A DNA stretch of 64,000 nt from a virus: IMG/VR virus record IMGVR_UViG_3300005096_000058, positions 46,148 through 110,147 of that record; one strand, 5' to 3'. Each line of letters begins with the position of its first letter. The first letter of the stretch is position 1. The notes beneath the pieces are model-generated. The model was given only the letters and a program-made list of their open reading frames with translations, was not told the DNA's origin and searched no databases. Position numbers and translations under genes: made by a program. Shown here piece after piece: positions 55,724 to 64,000 of this stretch.

Positions 55724-56835
55724 TTGGGTGCCTCCACTTTGATGAGGGGCCAGACCGCCTCCACGAACCTGTCCGCTTCCAGACGAATGGGGTCCGTGGA
55801 GGTGGAATAGCACACGTTGACTAGGTCATCCGCGATATTGTGCAGCGCGTCCCAGAGGAGTTTGCCACGGTAGCGCGCGATGACGATGTCAGTGCTGGGG
55901 GCAGCTGGGAAGGGGAGCGTCTGGGCAAACTTGACCTCCCCGTCAGCCTCAATGCCTTGGATACTGAGGGCAGCATCGCCAAAGCGGAGTTCCACTTGCT
56001 GCGAAACGGTAGACGTTTGTGCGTGCTTCACAGCTTGTTTGAACGCCATTTTGTCGACGATAGAACGGTGGCCGAGGTGCTTGTCTGGGAGCATGGCAGA
56101 CAGGTCAAAATACGTACTTGCGTCCAGACATTTGGTGAAACGGAGTTCGCCTCCAGCCCAGAAAAAAGCGTGCTCGCCGTGCCATCCCACCGCGCACCCG
56201 AGCGCGTCATTTTTGCGGGCGGGCCATTGCGCGAAAATGCGTGCGGGAACCAACCGGGGCTCGTGCGTGAGCGCTAGCGACGTGCGGGCTACGCGGTACT
56301 GATCGCTGGCCTCGGTCCACTTGGGGTGGAAGTGCACACCTTGCAGTGCGGGGCGCTCGTGCCCGTCCTTGGTGTCCTTCTGCGCGGCGTGGAGCACGGC
56401 CTTGATATGCGGCCACCCTTCAAAGCGGTGGAGCTCAGGTGGCGCCTCAGGCAACGGCGGGAATTCTGATCCATGTGTGCACGGAACCACAAATTTGTTC
56501 CCTGATTGGAAATCGATCCGTGCTGTGCTGGGGCCGGTTGTTTTGATTTCAAAGCGCGTGGTTTTCTTGGTGCCCTTGAACGCGATCGCCAAGGAGGTTG
56601 CCCGCATGGTGAGATCAGGCACGACCTCGAAAGGGTCGATGGTGATCATCACGCCCGTGTCGCCGTCTGTGGCGGTCACATATCCTGGAAACGTGGGCCA
56701 CCAGCCCCCCGCGGCATCCTGCTGAAAGTCCGCGGGGGGCACGCAATGGACGCAGTGTATCGCGCGGATGGCTTGATCCTTAGCTTCCTTCGCCGCAAAT
56801 TTCGCAGCGCGAAGCAAAGCGTCACGTAGCAGCAT
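55720..56835 (-). CDS. DNA polymerase III beta-type sliding clamp
   Basis: 371 aa; ATDG, EFPPLP, RPALQGVHF, ASDQYRVA, LWDAL. Confidence 0.75.
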   Translation of the reverse strand: MLLRDALLRAAKFAAKEAKDQAIRAIHCVHCVPPADFQQDAAGGWWPTFPGYVTATDGDTGVMITIDPFEVVPDLTMRATSLAIAFKGTKKTTRFEIKTTGPSTARIDFQSGNKFVVPCTHGSEFPPLPEAPPELHRFEGWPHIKAVLHAAQKDTKDGHERPALQGVHFHPKWTEASDQYRVARTSLALTHEPRLVPARIFAQWPARKNDALGCAVGWHGEHAFFWAGGELRFTKCLDASTYFDLSAMLPDKHLGHRSIVDKMAFKQAVKHAQTSTVSQQVELRFGDAALSIQGIEADGEVKFAQTLPFPAAPSTDIVIARYRGKLLWDALHNIADDLVNVCYSTSTDPIRLEADRFVEAVWPLIKVEAPK

Positions 56836-57628
56836 CGTCTCCCCCTAAAGTTTTTTGTCGTCGTCGCTTGAGAATCGCCATAGCAGCGCTGCGTACCTCG
56901 TCGGTAGAAAGCTTGGGTTTGTCCAGACCCACTTGCGGAGTCAGGCCGGCAGCGGCCCCCATCCCATAACCCGGCTTCGTCGTGACGTGCATGATCGCCT
57001 CGGCCATCTCCTCGCGAACCTTGATCAGCTTGAGGAGCGCGTCGACCGCTTTGTCTCCTGACACGCCCAAAAAAGGATCGAGGTGCTGCATGCGGGTGAG
57101 TCCGCAGACTTTACAAATCTCGACAGGCTCAATGAGCTTGCCGGGATAATTGACGATGTCCCCGGCTTCCCAGTCGTGATCTAAGGGCATCAACCGCTTG
57201 AACAGCTGCGTCTGGATTTTTTCCATCTGGTCGACGAGGAGCATTTTGTGTTGAATGAGCCGATCGCCTACCCGGGCTTCTATCTGGGCACGCCAGCGAT
57301 CAAGGAGTTCGCGACGTCGTGGGCTCCAGTTATCTTTGAGGCTCCATTTTTCCATCGTCGACAACGGAACCGAGGCGAACATCGGGTCCTCACACAATGC
57401 GCGCACGCTGCGGCCATTCAAATCGGTGGTGTACTGGAGGCCAGCGGCATACCTCAACCAATTCTGGCTACCGTTGGCGTCGGTGGGGATCTCCACCTTG
57501 ACCACCTCGGGGGCCATGACCACTGCCTTGCGTGTTTTGACTTTGGGTTTGGATCTTTTCTTAGGTGGCGGACGCTTTTTAGGGGCGGGCGTCGTCATCA
57601 CCTTCTTTGCACGTTTTTTGGTCGCCAT
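56822..57628 (-). CDS. HTH protein, possible terminase small subunit
   Basis: SVRAL..VPLSTMEKWSLKDNW..RR HTH followed by helical region. Confidence 0.4.
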   Translation of the reverse strand: MATKKRAKKVMTTPAPKKRPPPKKRSKPKVKTRKAVVMAPEVVKVEIPTDANGSQNWLRYAAGLQYTTDLNGRSVRALCEDPMFASVPLSTMEKWSLKDNWSPRRRELLDRWRAQIEARVGDRLIQHKMLLVDQMEKIQTQLFKRLMPLDHDWEAGDIVNYPGKLIEPVEICKVCGLTRMQHLDPFLGVSGDKAVDALLKLIKVREEMAEAIMHVTTKPGYGMGAAAGLTPQVGLDKPKLSTDEVRSAAMAILKRRRQKTLGGDDAAT

Positions 57629-57935
57629 CAGATGCAGCCTGCACCTTCGCACCGCTTTCGGTACTCACGCATCGCAATCATGATCAACTGCCCGACGTGC
57701 TCGCGAATCCAATTGTGAGACTCTTTGAAATACTTGCCCCGCTGATCGCCAGGGCCAAGACTTGTCGGGACATGAAAGTTGATCTCAGGGACAAGGTGCC
57801 CCTCTTTGTTGTGCACAAGTTTGAGTTCCACCCATTCCTCCTTCAGCCCAAGCGACATAGCGATGCGGGTGCGGCACGCGTTCAGCGTTTCAAAGCGGAT
57901 GGAGTCTTGGTTGAGTAGAATGATCATGGGCGCTT

Positions 57936-58223
57936 TCAGAGGGGGAGGTGAGGGCCGTCGTCGACGGTGTAGGTCCACCCCGTGACCACTCGCGTAAGCC
58001 TAGCAGGCGCCATGTGGCCCGCCACGACGTAGGAACGCTTTATCGTCCCATTCGGGTGGAATTTGACTTGGGTAACTTCATGGGTAACGTCGTCGATCGA
58101 CGTTACCATCGACACTCTATGTCCGTCTCCGTCATAGACCTTGATTAGGTTAGCTAGCTGATGCACACCAACTTCAATGCGCATGTTGTTTTTCCTTTGT
58201 TCTTCTTGCGGTGGCGATTTCAC
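57936..58223 (-). CDS. hypothetical protein
   Basis: Coupled ORF. Confidence 0.45.
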   Translation of the reverse strand: MKSPPQEEQRKNNMRIEVGVHQLANLIKVYDGDGHRVSMVTSIDDVTHEVTQVKFHPNGTIKRSYVVAGHMAPARLTRVVTGWTYTVDDGPHLPL

Positions 58224-58821
58224 GTTCGCCAGTTGTTTTCACATCGGAACAGCTGCGGCACATCACCTGTAGGTTTTCGACCTCACAAAACATGGCCGCG
58301 ATGACGAGGTCCCAAGACACAAAGCCGATGGCTGGGTCTATGATCGGGAGGGTGTGGTCGACGATGACGTTGTTGATTCTCTTTTTCTTAGACTTGTGCC
58401 CCGGGGGTGTCGGTATCGACGAGGGCACCACCTTGCTGCAGACAGAGCAGCGGTACATCCCCCGGGACACCTTGGCAGCACGGCGTGCGTCTGCGATCGG
58501 GGCCCAACGCATGGACATCTGACGTAGCCCACCTTTGATAAAGGACACAAACCTGGCCTCGGTCCATTGGCCGCTGGCGCGCGTGCGCGGGACAAGTTGC
58601 CTACCCTTCGCTGGTTTCGGCGTCTTCGCGACTGGGGGCGATGGTGAGCGGGGGGCGGGCAGGGTCGGTGACGGCGTCGTCTTCTTCCTCGCTTTGGATT
58701 TCTGGGAAATCACTCGGTGGATCGTCACTGCCCTCTTCACCACTCGCTTCGCGGGCCGAGTCCGCGTTCGCGGTGACTGCACGGTTGACGAGGGCGGCTG
58801 CCAGTTTCTCGGGGTCTGCAT
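58174..58821 (-). CDS. HNH endonuclease (start uncertain)
   Basis: YRCSVC..VDH..P..NLQVMCRSC..KT; track start overlaps the upstream ORF by about 220 nt. Confidence 0.75.
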   Translation of the reverse strand: MQTPRNWQPPSSTVQSPRTRTRPAKRVVKRAVTIHRVISQKSKARKKTTPSPTLPAPRSPSPPVAKTPKPAKGRQLVPRTRASGQWTEARFVSFIKGGLRQMSMRWAPIADARRAAKVSRGMYRCSVCSKVVPSSIPTPPGHKSKKKRINNVIVDHTLPIIDPAIGFVSWDLVIAAMFCEVENLQVMCRSCSDVKTTGEREIATARRTKEKQHAH

Positions 58822-59179
58822 TTTCCACTCCCTTGAATGCAGCGGTGATCTCCTCTTTTGAGAGGGGGCCCTCGACGCGACAAAGCACGAGGTTGTTGGT
58901 CATGACGATCACTGGCTTGCCCAGCGAGTCCATCATGCGCTGCTCGATGCTGCGGGCCATGTCGTAGCTCGTCGTCGGCGGGACGGCCACGACAAGACAG
59001 TCCTTAAACGGGGTATCGATGATCTCAGACTTCGGGTGGTCCTGAATCAAAGTCTCCTTCACCGTCGGACCCAGCCCATCTTGTTGGTCGGCTTGTGCGA
59101 TCTCCATCGGAACCACGCGCCAAAAGGTGTGCTCCTTGGCGATGTGTCGTCGTGCTTTTCGTTTCTGCGTTGAGCTCAT
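58601..59179 (-). CDS. hypothetical protein
   Basis: ATGA coupling with sbcC-like gene. Confidence 0.6.
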   Translation of the reverse strand: MSSTQKRKARRHIAKEHTFWRVVPMEIAQADQQDGLGPTVKETLIQDHPKSEIIDTPFKDCLVVAVPPTTSYDMARSIEQRMMDSLGKPVIVMTNNLVLCRVEGPLSKEEITAAFKGVENADPEKLAAALVNRAVTANADSAREASGEEGSDDPPSDFPEIQSEEEDDAVTDPARPPLTIAPSREDAETSEG

Positions 59180-61074
59180 GCTTGTGCCTCTAAAATTCTG
59201 GATTCACCGTTGTGCTTCTGGACAACAATTGTTTCCGCAAACGTGCCTTGGAAACGGGGATCGTGGTCGATGACGAAGATGGAGCTCTTCTCTGCGGACA
59301 AGGCTTGCAGCATCTCAGCCACAGCCTCCTTGCCAGACTGGTCCAGATGTTTACCGAAGATCTCATCCAGAAAGAGCATGTCGTAGCTTTGCTCTGCCCG
59401 GTTGGCAACGAGGCGGGCCAGCCCAAAATCAATCCCTGACCCTACGCGTGCTTTTTCCCCGCCGCACCAAGATCGATAATTGCGGCCGATTTGGGTGCCG
59501 TCTGGATTGTGCCTAAACACCCGCACGGCAAATTTGTCGACGAGCTTTTCGGACTTTCCTTTGCCTGTTTTGGTCTGGGTTTCGAATCGCACCCAGATCG
59601 TGCCTCCAGTCAGCAACGACACCCAACGGTTGGCCTCGTCGGTCATCTCCTGCAGCCGGCTGTCCAGAATGTGGCTTTTGATGCCCCGCGGGCCAAACGC
59701 CTCCACCCAGAATTTGTAATACGGGATCTGGTCGTCCAGATGCGCGAGTTCGTGCTGGGCCCCATCCACTTCGGCGCTGAGCTCTTGGTACTTGTTCAGC
59801 CAAGCGTCAATGCGCGGTTGGTAGGGGTTCACTTGTGGGGGCTGTTGCTGTGCTGTCTGGTACGCGTTGAGGTCGCGCTGCACTTCGGCGTAGCGTGAAT
59901 TCAGCCTTGCGTGCCTATCGTTCTGTGCCGCGAGGGAGCGTAGCTGCTCCTGGTGCTGCTGCGTGCGTGCGAAGAAATCCGAATCAAGGTCGGCTTTGTG
60001 GGTCGCTATTTGTGCGGTGGTGGCCTGTGCCTCGACCAGTCGGTGCCGGGCAAGATCAGCGATGCCCTCTGCGTCGAGGTAGACCTGGGGGTCTGGTGGG
60101 TGATCCGGGGTAACGGGCTGTCCGCACGTTGGGCAGGTTCCAGACGCTGCCGCGGTTTGGGCTGCCTGTTGTAACGTCCCTATGGTGGAATTGGCGGCGC
60201 CCACCTCAAGGAGGCGGGTGTTCACCCAATCGTTGGCTTCAGCGAGATCAGAATTCACTCGGGCGAGCTCTGCGGCCGGTTGCGGCGGTGGAGGCACAGG
60301 CAGCGCGGGGCATACCTGCAGCTCTGCTGCGAGAGCCTGTAAGCCTTGTTGGTACTCGGTTATTTTGGAAGACAGATCAGCTGCATGCTGTGCGTCCCAC
60401 TCGGAAGCGAGAGGGCGTGGGTCAGATCCTGGTAGCAGGTCGAGCTCGCCCTTTTTGGTTACCACACGCAGTTGCAGCGCTTCAGCTTGTTCCGTCGCCT
60501 CAGCCAGCCGCAACTTTGCCGCGCACAACCACTCGTCGACGACAGCCAGCTCGGGTATTATTTTAGACAACAAGGCTTTGCGCTGCACGTCAGTAGCGTC
60601 AGCGAATTTCCATTCGTCGAACTGCGCGAAGAGGACAGCACTATGGAACACCGATCGATCCATGCCCAGCTGGGTTTCCAGCCGCCGCTGAGTTTCTGCG
60701 GTGTCGTGGGTGGTCAGCTCCTCGTCACCCACCCAGAAGCGGAGCCCGTCCTTCTCACCCTTCACCTTCCGGCAGCGGGTGATCGTGAGGATCACCCCGT
60801 CATCTTTACGCACGCGCACCGTGACTTTCGTGTCCCGGTTGGTTTTCTCGTTGATGACGGAATCTGCGACGTCCCCCCGAGGGACAACGCCCGTGAGGCA
60901 CCAATCCACTGCATCAGGGATCATGCTTTTGCCCGAGCCGTTGGAATTCATCTTGGGATCGTCTTTGTTGTCACCCAGAATTAAGCACAGTCCCCGAGAT
61001 TCCAGACGAAAGGGGGGGTGCGGGCCACAGAAACTGCCGTAGTTCTGAACTGTGACGTCGAGGAAGGCGCTCAT
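59176..61074 (-). CDS. SbcC/Rad50-like (gp46-like) recombination ATPase
   Basis: NGSGKS Walker A, Q-loop, CPTCGQ Zn hook, CGGE signature, LFLDE, IDH. Confidence 0.9.
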   Translation of the reverse strand: MSAFLDVTVQNYGSFCGPHPPFRLESRGLCLILGDNKDDPKMNSNGSGKSMIPDAVDWCLTGVVPRGDVADSVINEKTNRDTKVTVRVRKDDGVILTITRCRKVKGEKDGLRFWVGDEELTTHDTAETQRRLETQLGMDRSVFHSAVLFAQFDEWKFADATDVQRKALLSKIIPELAVVDEWLCAAKLRLAEATEQAEALQLRVVTKKGELDLLPGSDPRPLASEWDAQHAADLSSKITEYQQGLQALAAELQVCPALPVPPPPQPAAELARVNSDLAEANDWVNTRLLEVGAANSTIGTLQQAAQTAAASGTCPTCGQPVTPDHPPDPQVYLDAEGIADLARHRLVEAQATTAQIATHKADLDSDFFARTQQHQEQLRSLAAQNDRHARLNSRYAEVQRDLNAYQTAQQQPPQVNPYQPRIDAWLNKYQELSAEVDGAQHELAHLDDQIPYYKFWVEAFGPRGIKSHILDSRLQEMTDEANRWVSLLTGGTIWVRFETQTKTGKGKSEKLVDKFAVRVFRHNPDGTQIGRNYRSWCGGEKARVGSGIDFGLARLVANRAEQSYDMLFLDEIFGKHLDQSGKEAVAEMLQALSAEKSSIFVIDHDPRFQGTFAETIVVQKHNGESRILEAQA

Positions 61075-62048
61075 GCGTGCGTCACTTCTGCGAGCGCTTC
61101 CAGAAGTCCAGCCGAGTCGAGCTCCCCCGCATGCGTGAGGGCGTAGGCGCGGGCCGTCTCTGCTGCGGAGGCTGACGTGCCGAGGCCCAGCCGGTCCGCT
61201 CCGTAAGATTGCTTAGGAGGGTCGACAAACACCTCAGCGCCAGTCAGCGCTTTCACCTGCTTCACAGCCTCGACGGGGTCTAGCTCGGGATCGAGGGTGA
61301 GGTGTACGCGGTCGCCGGGAGAAGCCTCTGCGAGTTCAGGGTTTGGGGACCCTTTGGTCATCTGGACGCGGTGGTGTCTACGCCCAACCCTGATGGGCAC
61401 GTGCTCCCAGCCGTCATCATCTATCCAGATGAACCCCTTTTCCTGGCCGGCCTCGTCGGCGCGCGTCTGCCAAGGGCTGCCGACGTACACCACGTTAGCT
61501 ACCTCCTGGTGGCGGTGCCAATGTCCCGCAAACACGGTGTCAAAGCCCGAAAACACCGCAGGGGGGATACCGTCAAGTTCGCCCGCGACAACGTTGGTAT
61601 TCATCATGGCACCTTGAATTCCATGATGGAGCCACGCCACGTTAGGGCTGCTGTCTGGACGTGGTTGTGTCTGGACCACCTCAATGATCTCGGAAATGTT
61701 GCGACGAAAAGGCAGCCAAAGGCCGTGCTCGTTCCACGCCGGATCCGTCATGATCTGTGCGTGTGCTCGGAACACCTCCAGCGCATGACGGCCCGCAACG
61801 TCGTCCTGATCGTGGTTGCCGGGAAGGATCACCAGCTCGAAGCTTTGTCGTGCTCGCTCAACCCAGTCGAGGACACGATTTTGAAGTGCGATCGGCACCG
61901 TGTATCTCAAATCGTAGACGTCACCGAGGAGCACCAGCGTTTGCACGTTGTACTCCTCGGCCTTCTGCAGATAGACGTCCAGCACCTCAAAAACGATGTC
62001 GGCCGTTTCAGGTTTGAGGTGTAGATCTGCGGCGAGGAGGTAGCTCAC
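61071..62048 (-). CDS. SbcD/Mre11-like (gp47-like) nuclease
   Basis: ADLH, LGD, PGNHD, GHWH, YVGSP. Confidence 0.9.
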   Translation of the reverse strand: MSYLLAADLHLKPETADIVFEVLDVYLQKAEEYNVQTLVLLGDVYDLRYTVPIALQNRVLDWVERARQSFELVILPGNHDQDDVAGRHALEVFRAHAQIMTDPAWNEHGLWLPFRRNISEIIEVVQTQPRPDSSPNVAWLHHGIQGAMMNTNVVAGELDGIPPAVFSGFDTVFAGHWHRHQEVANVVYVGSPWQTRADEAGQEKGFIWIDDDGWEHVPIRVGRRHHRVQMTKGSPNPELAEASPGDRVHLTLDPELDPVEAVKQVKALTGAEVFVDPPKQSYGADRLGLGTSASAAETARAYALTHAGELDSAGLLEALAEVTHA

Positions 62049-62293
62049 GAATCGCTGCGCTTCGCTGAAGTGCGGACGTTGTTCACGCGGTGCTTGGATC
62101 CATCCGCACCAATAGCGTGCATTCGGTATTTGCCTTTAGAGAAGTCGCGCGTCTGGATCAGCTCAGGAGCTCCGACGTGTCTGGACAGCTCACCACACTC
62201 TTTGCAGGACTCAACGAGGGTGTCTTTCTCGTTGTGTCTACAGAGCACTTCCTGTGTGTGGCCGGTGGCGCAGGTGAACGTGTAGATGGGCAA
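62045..62293 (-). CDS. FmdB-like zinc-ribbon protein
   Basis: MPIYTFTC..GH..E...CKECG. Confidence 0.7.
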   Translation of the reverse strand: MPIYTFTCATGHTQEVLCRHNEKDTLVESCKECGELSRHVGAPELIQTRDFSKGKYRMHAIGADGSKHRVNNVRTSAKRSDS

Positions 62294-62295
62294 CC

Positions 62296-62505
62296 TTAGC
62301 CCTCCTCAGCGTCTGGAATATGGGACCGCACAAAGCAGTCTTTCGCCTCCAGAAGTTTGCGCAGCGCAACGGTTTGTTCCGCGCGGTCAACCGATTCTGA
62401 ACCAGCAATGTGCTCAGCGAGATCAGCAAACGGCTTGCTGCGCGGTTGCAGGTGGTCGGGCAATTGTTTGTACGCAAAATAACGCAGAAGTCGGTGGCGG
62501 GTCAT
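62296..62505 (-). CDS. small helical-hairpin protein (possible Acb2/Tad1-like)
   Basis: YFAY..LP.HLQ..SKPF..LA...E.TVALRKLLEAKDC.VR. Confidence 0.5.
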   Translation of the reverse strand: MTRHRLLRYFAYKQLPDHLQPRSKPFADLAEHIAGSESVDRAEQTVALRKLLEAKDCFVRSHIPDAEEG

Positions 62506-62518
62506 GGTGGAGTGTCCT

Positions 62519-63700
62519 TTAGGGTAAAGCGTTGTAGATGCGGATAGCGAGGTCATTTAGAGCGGGATCTTCATGCAGTTTTTGACCGAAACCGATGAAG
62601 CCTTGTTGAAAGCGCACTTTGTGCCCTTCCGTCGTGGCGAACGTGTACCAACCACCGCCCGAAGTGATGTAACTGTGTTCCGACAGTTTCCAAAACAGAG
62701 AAACAACATTGTCGATGCCCGTGCCCCACGTAATCGCGAATTTCTCGTTGAGCCACGGGGTGCCCACGTTGTTCTTGTTGAACTTCGCCAAGACTTCAAT
62801 GCCAACAAAGGTGCCATCAGAAAGCTTGATCGAGCCGGTGCGCACGAGCTCGATACGAAGGGTGGAGGCAAACCTCAACGCTAGGCCGCCGTAGGTGATC
62901 TTCTTTTCACCCTTCTGGAACTTAGCAGCGAACCCCGTGACTATTTTCGTGTAGACTTGGTTCACTGCCAGAAGCAAAGCATTGGCCCTAGCGAGCCTCT
63001 CAGGGAGCGTGCGCATTGCCCCTTTGATCAGCTTGGCGGCCTTCCCTGGGGCCTGGGCCTCGTCGGTGCCCTTGTCGAACTCGCTCTGTGTCGGGGTCTG
63101 CCCCACGCTGTCCCAGACCACAACGAGGGGAATGTTATTCAGCCCCCGAGAGATCCAATGATCTAGTCCGCGCTCCATAGCGTCGATGACAGCCTCAAAG
63201 GTGTGCCTCTCAGGCTGAATGACGACGAGCTTTTCGGGATCCACGCCAATACGTTTGATGTATGGAAGGTCCCACTTGTGCTCGACGTCCACGACCTGGG
63301 CAACGCCCCCCATCGCTTGTACCTGCGCAACCGCGTGGGCAACCACGGTGGTTTTGCCTACGGACTCCTCACCACTGATCTCAACGATACGTCCCCGAGG
63401 CCAACCGCCTATGCCTGTAGCCTTGTCGAGGGCAAGAGAACGGGACGAGATCGTACCGGCGCTGTGCCCGATCACATTCTCGTCGGAGAAGGTGAGCACC
63501 TCCACTGGGTTGAAATCACGCTTCTCCAGCTTCTTCTCGCTCTGCCCTACAATCGCCGTCTTGAAGTCGTCGAAGGAATAAACACCCTGCACCGGCTTTT
63601 TCGCCTTGGTCGTTTTGGGAACGGCCTTAGGCTTGGCTTTTGGCGGGGAGGATTTTGGGTCCGCCGTTACGGCTTTTTTTCGTGTTTTCTTCGCGGGCAT
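62519..63700 (-). CDS. recA: RecA/UvsX recombinase
   Basis: LDKATGIGGWPRGRIVEISGEESVGKTT, DVEH, VVWDSV, NQ, GGLALRFAS. Confidence 0.93.
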   Translation of the reverse strand: MPAKKTRKKAVTADPKSSPPKAKPKAVPKTTKAKKPVQGVYSFDDFKTAIVGQSEKKLEKRDFNPVEVLTFSDENVIGHSAGTISSRSLALDKATGIGGWPRGRIVEISGEESVGKTTVVAHAVAQVQAMGGVAQVVDVEHKWDLPYIKRIGVDPEKLVVIQPERHTFEAVIDAMERGLDHWISRGLNNIPLVVVWDSVGQTPTQSEFDKGTDEAQAPGKAAKLIKGAMRTLPERLARANALLLAVNQVYTKIVTGFAAKFQKGEKKITYGGLALRFASTLRIELVRTGSIKLSDGTFVGIEVLAKFNKNNVGTPWLNEKFAITWGTGIDNVVSLFWKLSEHSYITSGGGWYTFATTEGHKVRFQQGFIGFGQKLHEDPALNDLAIRIYNALP

Positions 63701-63715
63701 GAGTAGTCAGAGGGG

Positions 63716-64000
63716 TCAGCCCCGCATCTGGTCCTGTAACTGCTGCAGCTGCCCAGGTGTGTACGTGGGCTGTGGTTGCTGTTGGTAGGCGCCCCCAGGG
63801 GCCGGTTGCAGGGGAGCGACCGGCTGACCTGGGGTCTGTCCCACCGGGGCTGTCAGGGGGGATGCCCCGTATGGGCTCGGTGCCGGTGCGTTGGGCGTTG
63901 GTGCATACGCTTGTTGGGGCTGAAGTTGTTGCTGTTGGTAGCCTTGTTGGGGCTGAAGTTGTTGCTGTTGGTAGCCTTGTTGGGGCTGAAGTTGTTGCTG
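63716..64000 (-). CDS. C-terminal Gln/Pro-rich tail of a gene entering from outside the window (possibly an SSB)
   Basis: Open frame ending ...YTPGQLQQLQDQMRG*; lies just upstream of recA. Confidence 0.55.
   Translation of the reverse strand, partial: QQQLQPQQGYQQQQLQPQQGYQQQQLQPQQAYAPTPNAPAPSPYGASPLTAPVGQTPGQPVAPLQPAPGGAYQQQPQPTYTPGQLQQLQDQMRG
63911..64000. repeat. 33-bp coding tandem repeat (at least 2.7 copies)
   Basis: Unit ttgttggggctgaagttgttgctgttggtagcc; encodes GYQQQQLQPQQ. Confidence 0.9.

Noticed and set aside
63911-64000. 33-bp repeats as a possible CRISPR array
   Set aside because: Directly tandem with no spacers; in-frame coding repeat (GYQQQQLQPQQ).
1-64000. Host assignment
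   Set aside because: GC content, sigma70 promoters and an AmpD-like amidase are not specific enough to name a host.

Overview
A 64-kb segment of a large, GC-rich (~60% by eye) tailed phage genome. Essentially every credible gene is on the minus strand. The left part (1-26 kb) is a Herelleviridae/SPO1-Twort-like head module: terminase large subunit with a LAGLIDADG intein, portal with a second LAGLIDADG intein, several putative internal head/cargo proteins, prohead protease, scaffold-like protein and major capsid protein. The cargo proteins include a MuF-InPase-ParB fusion and a 2226-aa multi-domain kinase/ADP-ribosyltransferase-like protein. The middle (26-55 kb) is a dense run of small accessory genes driven by a family of repeated sigma70-type promoters. 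It contains three DNA methyltransferases (one a two-frame alpha/beta C5 MTase), an ADP-ribosylglycohydrolase, and MazG, PHP, SNase and HTH proteins. The right part has an amidase, a sliding clamp, an HNH nuclease, SbcCD and RecA. The most unusual signals are (i) strong, strand-independent over-representation of the heptamer TCCAGAC/GTCTGGA (roughly 120 copies counted by eye), (ii) a ~370-nt highly structured non-coding element just upstream of the terminase, and (iii) a shared hydrophobic-x-K-[ASG] plus GxRGG motif grammar across head-associated proteins, suggesting a protease-processed, virion-packaged effector payload. All family assignments come from motif recognition by eye; no searches were run.
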